The position numbers and the translations under genes were made by a program. From an uncultured bacterium (lineage in GTDB: Bacteria > Pseudomonadota > Gammaproteobacteria > Burkholderiales > JACQAP01): a DNA stretch of 64,000 nt. Positions 61,393 through 64,000 of this stretch are shown here, piece by piece; the stretch's first letter is position 1; each line of letters opens with the position of its first letter. Where the stretch lies: contig CBDDRM010000028.1 in assembly GCA_965233135.1 (NCBI GenBank), positions 100,331 to 164,330 of the forward strand, read 5' to 3'. The notes beneath the pieces were generated by a model. That model saw only the letters and a program-made list of their open reading frames with translations, searched no databases and was not told the DNA's origin.

Positions 61393-62172
61393 ATGAGTGA
61401 CCGCTACGCCGAACTGCTGATGTACGTGGCGCCGCAGCAGGTGCAACAGGCCAATGAGCGCTGGCTATCGCGCATCCTTGAGCGCCTGGGCGCGACCCGC
61501 CGCAAGGCTGATCATCTCGACCTGCGCAGCCTGTGGCGTGCCCCGCAATTGCTGCTGACGCAAACCTGCGGCTACCCGCTGATGACCGAGCTGCGCGGGC
61601 AAGTCCAGGTGATTGGCCGCCCGCGCTACGAACTGCCCCACAGCAGCGGCGGCCAGCATTGCAGCCTGCTGCTGACCCGCGACGACAATCCCCGCGTTGC
61701 CTTGGCGGACTTCCAAGACAGCCGCGGTGTGATCAACGGCCATGACTCCAACAGCGGCATGAACCTGCTGCGCGAACGCCTGGCGCCGCTGCAGCAGGGC
61801 GGTCGGTTCTTTGCCGAAGTCGGCATCAGCGGCGCCCATCGCGAAAGCCTGCGCTGGCTGCGGGAAAACCGCGCTGACCTTGCCGCCATCGACAGCGTGA
61901 CCTACGACTACCTCGCCCGTTTTGCGCCAGAGGAAGTGGCCGGGCTGAGGGTCGTCACCCGCAGCGCGCCCAGCCCGACGCTGCCTTACATCAGCGCGTC
62001 GGGCTCAAGTGAACACCTGCGGGAGGTCATGAACCTGGCCTTGCAGGATCTGCCCGAAGTGGTGCAAACCCTCGGCGTACACGAAGTGCTGCCCGCCACC
62101 GAAGCGGATTACCAGGTGCTGCTGGATTACCGGCAGCAGGCGGAAGCCTTGGGTTATCCACGCCTCCAATGA
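61393..62172 (+). CDS. PhnD/SsuA-like periplasmic-binding-fold protein without signal peptide
   Basis: 259 aa. QTCGYPL...NSGMNLLR...AAIDSVTY is a PhnD-like pattern. The N-terminus MSDRYAELLMYVAP is not a signal peptide. The gene starts 10 nt after the desaturase stop. Confidence 0.6.
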   Translation: MSDRYAELLMYVAPQQVQQANERWLSRILERLGATRRKADHLDLRSLWRAPQLLLTQTCGYPLMTELRGQVQVIGRPRYELPHSSGGQHCSLLLTRDDNPRVALADFQDSRGVINGHDSNSGMNLLRERLAPLQQGGRFFAEVGISGAHRESLRWLRENRADLAAIDSVTYDYLARFAPEEVAGLRVVTRSAPSPTLPYISASGSSEHLREVMNLALQDLPEVVQTLGVHEVLPATEADYQVLLDYRQQAEALGYPRLQ

Positions 62173-62284
62173 TCGTTCCCACGCTCCGCGTGGGAACGCA
62201 TCCTGTGACGCTCTGCGTCACCATTTCAAAGCAGACGCAGAGCGTCCAAGGCGGCATTCCCACGCAGAGCGTGTGAGCGATCGG
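62171..62284. repeat. Composite palindromic repeat element (GCGTGGGAAC / GACGCAGAGCGTC units)
   Basis: TTCCCACGCTCCGCGTGGGAA is a self-hairpin, GTGACGCTCTGCGTCAC is a second hairpin, and GACGCAGAGCGTC and TTCCCACGCAGAGCGTG follow. This is a typical fluorescent-Pseudomonas intergenic repeat. Confidence 0.75.
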
Positions 62285-62390
62285 TTATATAAAAATACCT
62301 TTTAAATATTATTAAAGAATAAGCAGCCTTGCTAGGATCGCTCCACCGGAACACCGGACATAACGCGCAACCTACTCAGATGGAGCCACT

Positions 62391-62900
62391 ATGTCCGGCG
62401 CCGACACTTCTCACAGCGATTACGTGGGCGGATTGTTCCGCAGTCATTACGACTGGCTGTGCGGCCGTTTGCACCGCCATCTCGATTCCCGTGCCCACGC
62501 CGAAGACATCGCCGCCGACACCTTCGTCCAACTGTTGAGTTCCCCGGGCGTGGCGCCGATCCGCCAGCCACGCGCCTTGCTCACCACCATTGCCCAACGC
62601 CTGATGTACCAGCTATGGCGTCGCCGTGACCTGGAGCGCGCCTACCTCGACGCCCTCGACCAGGACGAAACCTCGCCCGCGCCATCCCCTGAGGATTTGG
62701 CGCAGATGCTCGAAGCCCTGCAGGCCATCGACCAGTTGCTCGACGGCTTGCCGGCCAAGGTCAAGGCGACCTTTCTGCTGTCGCAACTCAATGGCCTGAC
62801 CTACCCGGAAATTGCGGCCGAGCTGGGCATTTCCCAACGCTCGGTCAGCGACTACATGACCCGTGCCGTCAACCGCTGCCTGCGGCTGTGCCTGGAATGA
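62391..62900 (+). CDS. ECF sigma factor, FecI/iron-starvation type
   Basis: 169 aa. It has region 2 (DIAADTFVQLL) and region 4 HTH (LTYPEIAAELGISQRSVSDYM). A FecR gene follows with a 13-nt overlap. Confidence 0.88.
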   Translation: MSGADTSHSDYVGGLFRSHYDWLCGRLHRHLDSRAHAEDIAADTFVQLLSSPGVAPIRQPRALLTTIAQRLMYQLWRRRDLERAYLDALDQDETSPAPSPEDLAQMLEALQAIDQLLDGLPAKVKATFLLSQLNGLTYPEIAAELGISQRSVSDYMTRAVNRCLRLCLE

Positions 62901-63832
62901 GCGACGACCTGATCGACAGCGCCACTCGCTGGGTGGTGTTGCTGCGCTCCGGCGAGGCGAGTGCCGCCGACTGGCAGCGTTACCATCAGTGGCGCGCCGC
63001 AGACCCGCGTCACGAAGCCTTGTGCCAACAACTGGAAACCCGCCTCGGTGTGTTTCAAATTCCGCAGGCCCAAGGCGTCAGCGGCAAGGTATTGCAGCAG
63101 GCACTGGACGCGCCATCCAGCCGCCGCACCGTATTGCGCGGTGCCCTGGTGGGCGCTGGCCTGATGCTGGGCGCCGGTTGGCTGGCCCGGCCGGTGGTGG
63201 AGGATTTGACCGCCGATATCCGCACCGGCACCGGCGAACGGCGCACTGTAGCGCTGGCGGATGGCAGCGAGTTACTGCTCAACGCCCGCAGTGCCGCCGA
63301 CATCCAGTTCGACCCACAACACCGCGTGGTGCGCCTGCGCGATGGCGAGTTGCTGGTGAAGATTGCCAGGGACAGCAACCGACCGTTTTTCATTCAGACC
63401 GATCAAGCTCGACTGCATGCCTTGGGCAATCGCCTGTTGCTGCGCGAGCGCGAAGGGCAGGGCCATGTGGTGGCGCTCAACGGCGCCCTGGAGATCGATG
63501 GCCAGAACGGCGAACGCCTGCAACTGGAGGCCGGGCACGAGGTGACTTACGACCGCTTCGGCTTCGGCCCGGTGCTGGCCAGTTCCTCGGGGGCGACGGC
63601 GTGGATCGACGGTTTCCTGCAAGTGCGCGACCGCCCGCTGGTGGAAGTGATCGACGCACTGCGCCCGTATCACAACGGTGTGCTGCGCCTCGATCCGGCG
63701 GTGGCAGGGTTGCGGGTCAGCGGCCTGTACCGCCTCGACAATCCCGACCAGATCCTCGACACCCTGGCACGCACCCTGCCGATCCACATCACCCGCCGGA
63801 CCGGGTTGTGGGTGACCGTCAGTGCCGCCTGA
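62888..63832 (+). CDS. FecR-family anti-sigma factor / transmembrane sensor
   Basis: 314 aa. It has an N-terminal anti-sigma domain (ATRWVVLLRSGEAS...W), one TM segment (VLRGALVGAGLMLGAGWL) and a FecR periplasmic domain. Confidence 0.85.
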   Translation: MPGMSDDLIDSATRWVVLLRSGEASAADWQRYHQWRAADPRHEALCQQLETRLGVFQIPQAQGVSGKVLQQALDAPSSRRTVLRGALVGAGLMLGAGWLARPVVEDLTADIRTGTGERRTVALADGSELLLNARSAADIQFDPQHRVVRLRDGELLVKIARDSNRPFFIQTDQARLHALGNRLLLREREGQGHVVALNGALEIDGQNGERLQLEAGHEVTYDRFGFGPVLASSSGATAWIDGFLQVRDRPLVEVIDALRPYHNGVLRLDPAVAGLRVSGLYRLDNPDQILDTLARTLPIHITRRTGLWVTVSAA

Positions 63833-63852
63833 AAACGGTTCACCTCGGTCAA

Positions 63853-63950
63853 TGTGGGAGCTGGCTTGCCTGCGATGCGAGCACCTCGGCCTCGCAGATG
63901 TACCGCAGCGATACCATCGCAGCCTCGCTAAAGCTCGACAGCTCCCACAG
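63853..63950. repeat. Pseudomonas REP pair (GGGAGCTGGCTTGCCTGCGATG family, second arm degenerate)
   Basis: TGTGGGAGCTGGCTTGCCTGCGATG (63853-63877). The opposing arm CATCGCAG...AGCTCCCACA (63915-63950) carries an internal insertion. Confidence 0.75.
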
Positions 63951-64000
63951 TTGACCGCGTCGTTTCCGAATGTCGGTTCTAACGACATAACCAAACGATC

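Noticed and set aside
43202-63950. Possibility that the repeated 24-25-nt units form a CRISPR array.
   Set aside because: The units occur as isolated inverted pairs, two copies each, in scattered intergenic regions. They are not direct repeats with uniform spacers, and no cas genes are present.

Overview
The window is GC-rich, densely coding bacterial DNA, and it appears to be two genomes joined end to end.

**Left part (1 to ~40,517).** This looks non-pseudomonad. The gene order suggests a Betaproteobacterium-like chemolithotroph or heterotroph, but that assignment is low confidence. It carries:
- a partial outer-membrane barrel gene followed by ZnuA/ZnuB-like metal uptake genes
- hslVU
- a glycogen locus: glgP, then glgB-glgA divergent from glgC and a GH57 gene
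- a complete nickel-pincer (NPN) cofactor set, larC-larE-larB, behind a divergent LarA-like gene. All four are co-directional with glgB-glgA.
- a LOG-family gene and a secreted DUF336 gene
- an IlvD/Edd-family dehydratase
- a YdiJ-like FAD/Fe-S oxidoreductase, small membrane protein and cupin unit, divergent from an AGXT-type aminotransferase
- a Sua5 gene, purC-purK-purE, a PsiE-like gene, and fba-pyk-pgk-gap
- the first three genes of a glucose-type ABC importer

**Right part (40,520 to 64,000).** This matches the Pseudomonas fluorescens/putida order gene for gene:
- gltK(gtsD)-oprB-(hexose-6-P epimerase)-hexR / zwf-pgl-eda
- a class-V aminotransferase, a DUF3820 gene and a PA2169-family gene
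- phaJ, a hydrolase, then fadD1-fadD2
- a CsbD-like gene, a YihY gene and def
- a methyltransferase, a GNAT gene, a desaturase and a PhnD-like gene
- a FecI/FecR pair

Pseudomonas REP inverted-repeat pairs sit in most of its intergenic regions. None occur in the left part.

**Main points of interest.**
- The change of origin falls exactly at the permease-stop/ATPase-start boundary of one operon. It is either an assembly chimera or a remarkable mosaic.
- An NPN-dependent LarA-like enzyme is embedded in a glycogen operon.

**Not found.** I saw no rRNA, tRNA, CRISPR array, transposase, integrase, prophage or recognisable defence/toxin genes.

**Limits.** All protein calls rest on motif and family recognition from the supplied translations. 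No database search was run. Start codons are best guesses.
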